NCBI GenBank assembly: GCA_963754385.1
Contig: CAVWGE010000001.1
Location: 8,575-72,574 of the forward strand
From: an uncultured Chloroflexia bacterium
GTDB lineage: Bacteria > Chloroflexota > Dehalococcoidia > GIF9 > UBA5629
Length of the DNA stretch: 64,000 nt
Reading direction: 5' to 3'
The notes under the pieces are model-generated. The model was not told the DNA's origin, did no database searches, and saw only the letters and a list, made by a program, of their open reading frames with translations. The position numbers were made by a program, and so were the translations under genes. Positions 62,111 through 64,000 of the stretch are shown here, piece after piece; the first letter of the stretch is position 1; each line of letters begins with the position of its first letter.

Positions 62111-63517
62111 ATGCAAATTAAGCTGACTTTTCTGGGCGCGGCTCAGAGCGTTACCGGCTCGTGCTACCTCGTTGAGGCTGGCAGCGCCAGGTTTTTGGTG
62201 GACTGCGGGCTTTACCAGGAGAGAGAGTTCAGAGGAAGGAACTGGGAACCCCTTCCCATTCCACCTGAAACTCTGGATTGTGTCCTTCTGACCCATGCCC
62301 ACCTCGACCATAGCGGACTTCTGCCCAAGCTGGTCCGCGAAGGCTTTCACGGCTCAATTTACTGTGTGGCTGCCACCGCTGAAATCGCAGAAATCATGCT
62401 CCTCGATTCAGCAGACATCCAGCAAGAAGATGCAGAGTTTAAGAAAAAGAGACACCAAAAAACAAGGAGGAAAGGCCCTTATCCGGAGGTTCCACTGTAC
62501 ACGATAGACGACGCCAAGGCTTCCTTCCCACTTTTCTCGCCTGTCGAATACGAAAAAACCGTCAGTATAGGTAAAGGTATCGAAGCCACCTTTTATGATG
62601 CAGGTCATGTGCTGGGCTCGTCCATGATAATGGTCAGGATACGGCAAAACGGAGAGGACAGGACAATTCTTTTCTCCGGGGATATCGGCCGTCGGGGTAA
62701 GCCTATACTCCGTGACCCAACCTTTTTTGAAGAAGCAGACTATGTTCTTGTTGAATCTACTTATGGTGATAGATTGCTTGAGCCTTTAGAAGATGCAGCC
62801 GACAAGCTGGCCGATGTCATAAATATGACTGTGAAATCCGGCGGGAACATAGTTATTCCCAGTTTTGCTCTGGAGAGGTCTCAGGAGATATTGTACTATC
62901 TCAATGAGTTCCTTATCGAAGACCGCATCCCCCACCTGATGGTTTTTATTGACAGCCCTATGGCGGTGAGTATTACGGGCGTGTTTGAGCATTATCCTGA
63001 GCTTTTCGATGAAGAGATGGTAAAGCTTATGCGCCAGAAAAAGTCACCCTTTGATTTCCGTGGCTTAAGTCTGGTAAGAACGGCTGAGGAGTCGAAGGCG
63101 ATAAATCAAATAAAGGGGACTGTTATTATAATCGCCGGCTCCGGGATGTGTACCGGAGGCAGGATAAAGCACCATCTGGTAACCAATATCTCGAGAAAGG
63201 AGAGCACAATACTCTTCGTCGGCTATCAGGCGGCAGGAACTTTGGGAAGGGAAATAGTTGACGGTGCTAAAAAGGTCAGGATACTGGGGCAACATTATCC
63301 GGTTAGAGCCGGAGTGGTACAGATAAACGGCTTCTCGGCACATGCTGACAGGGATGGGCTTCTCAAATGGCTATCAAGCCTCCGCAGGTCACCCAGACGC
63401 CTCTTTGTAACTCATGGCGAGTCAGATGTATCACAGCATTTTGCCGGCTTGGTCAGAGACAAAACAGGATGGGAGGTGACTGTCCCGGAATATCAGGAGG
63501 AGTTTCTACTCGATTAG
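62111..63517 (+). CDS. Beta-CASP family MBL-fold ribonuclease
   Basis: 468 aa. 'THAHLDHSG' plus beta-CASP motifs A-C. Confidence 0.75.
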   Translation: MQIKLTFLGAAQSVTGSCYLVEAGSARFLVDCGLYQEREFRGRNWEPLPIPPETLDCVLLTHAHLDHSGLLPKLVREGFHGSIYCVAATAEIAEIMLLDSADIQQEDAEFKKKRHQKTRRKGPYPEVPLYTIDDAKASFPLFSPVEYEKTVSIGKGIEATFYDAGHVLGSSMIMVRIRQNGEDRTILFSGDIGRRGKPILRDPTFFEEADYVLVESTYGDRLLEPLEDAADKLADVINMTVKSGGNIVIPSFALERSQEILYYLNEFLIEDRIPHLMVFIDSPMAVSITGVFEHYPELFDEEMVKLMRQKKSPFDFRGLSLVRTAEESKAINQIKGTVIIIAGSGMCTGGRIKHHLVTNISRKESTILFVGYQAAGTLGREIVDGAKKVRILGQHYPVRAGVVQINGFSAHADRDGLLKWLSSLRRSPRRLFVTHGESDVSQHFAGLVRDKTGWEVTVPEYQEEFLLD

Positions 63518-64000
63518 AGGTTTACCCAGATTCGTAGTAGCTACAGCTCTTCTGCCAACGATTTTTTGCTTTATATACCATTGCTGAACTGTGTCAACCA
63601 CTTCATCAGGCGTATCGCAGACTCTGAGCAAGTCGAAATCCTCCTCAGAGACAAATCCCCTGGCTAAGGTTTGGTTGTGCAGCCAATCCAGAAACCCCTT
63701 CCAGTATTTACCATCGAACAGCACCACCGGGAATGGTTTTATCTTGTGGGTTTGCATCAATGTCAGCACCTCGGTTAACTCGTCGAGCGTGCCTAACCCG
63801 CCGGGCATCATGACAAAGGCGGTGGCATACTTCACCAGCATGACCTTGCGAACAAAAAAGTGATGAAATGTTATTGCCTTGGTGGTATAAGCATTGCAAA
63901 GCTGCTCCTCCGGCAGCTCGATATTCAGCCCGATTGAGGCAACACCGGCTTCGAGGGCGCCTTTGTTGGCTGCTTCCATAACACCAGGCCCACCGCCGCT
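63506..64000 (-). CDS. LOG-family (cytokinin riboside 5'-monophosphate phosphoribohydrolase-like) protein. The N-terminus lies beyond the window end.
   Basis: 'MPGGLGTLDELTEVLT' LOG signature. The ORF runs off the 3' edge of the window. Confidence 0.65.
   Translation of the reverse strand, partial: SGGGPGVMEAANKGALEAGVASIGLNIELPEEQLCNAYTTKAITFHHFFVRKVMLVKYATAFVMMPGGLGTLDELTEVLTLMQTHKIKPFPVVLFDGKYWKGFLDWLHNQTLARGFVSEEDFDLLRVCDTPDEVVDTVQQWYIKQKIVGRRAVATTNLGKPLIE

Overview
The window opens with the 3' part of a 23S rRNA gene (1..~2266). An initiator-type tRNA-Met (CAT) at 2330..2404 follows directly, with no 5S gene between them. A tyrosine integrase gene lies just downstream of the tRNA. An exact 45-bp copy of the tRNA 3' half recurs at 24747..24791, so 2360..24791 (~22.4 kb) reads as an integrated genomic island. 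The island has a 22-bp direct repeat near each end, consistent with integrase arm-type binding sites. It carries a helix-turn-helix DNA-binding protein of the excisionase family, a decayed restriction-modification remnant and a complete CoA-dependent (hydroxy)aromatic-acid catabolic module. That module comprises an aryl-CoA ligase, two family-III CoA-transferase subunits, a crotonase, an OYE-type reductase, an amidohydrolase-2 protein, a MarR regulator, a Liv-type ABC importer and a 904-aa Mo aldehyde oxidoreductase of the MOP type. From 24.8 to 34 kb, and again at 49.5 to 50.8 kb, the intergenic DNA is a mosaic of multicopy modules: degenerate tRNA 3'-end (att-like) fragments, terminator hairpins, a very GC-rich core, a recurring 3'-coding fragment ending YFADDTL and a duplicated promoter/leader. 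This looks like a hotspot of serial integration and decay. Cargo there includes panE, SHOCT and small membrane proteins, an SDR, a two-component system, an MFS pump and an MBL-fold hydrolase. The most striking locus is a minus-strand cluster at 36865..48482. It encodes a tungsten-type aldehyde:ferredoxin oxidoreductase, a poly-ferredoxin, an HdrD-like CCG protein, a very large HdrA that needs an in-frame TGA read as selenocysteine (CSM-U-ILSPK), an MvhD fused to a winged helix, NuoE-like, NuoF-like and NuoG-N-like proteins, and a PaaX-family regulator. I read this as a candidate flavin-based electron-bifurcating aldehyde oxidoreductase supercomplex. The rest is housekeeping: a zinc-ribbon gene, an RRM glycine-rich RNA-binding protein, rpoD, an HD-GYP protein, an AbfD/HpaB-family enzyme, a GH3 beta-glucosidase, cysK, two acyl-CoA dehydrogenases, a beta-CASP RNase and a partial LOG-family gene. 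No CRISPR array was seen.
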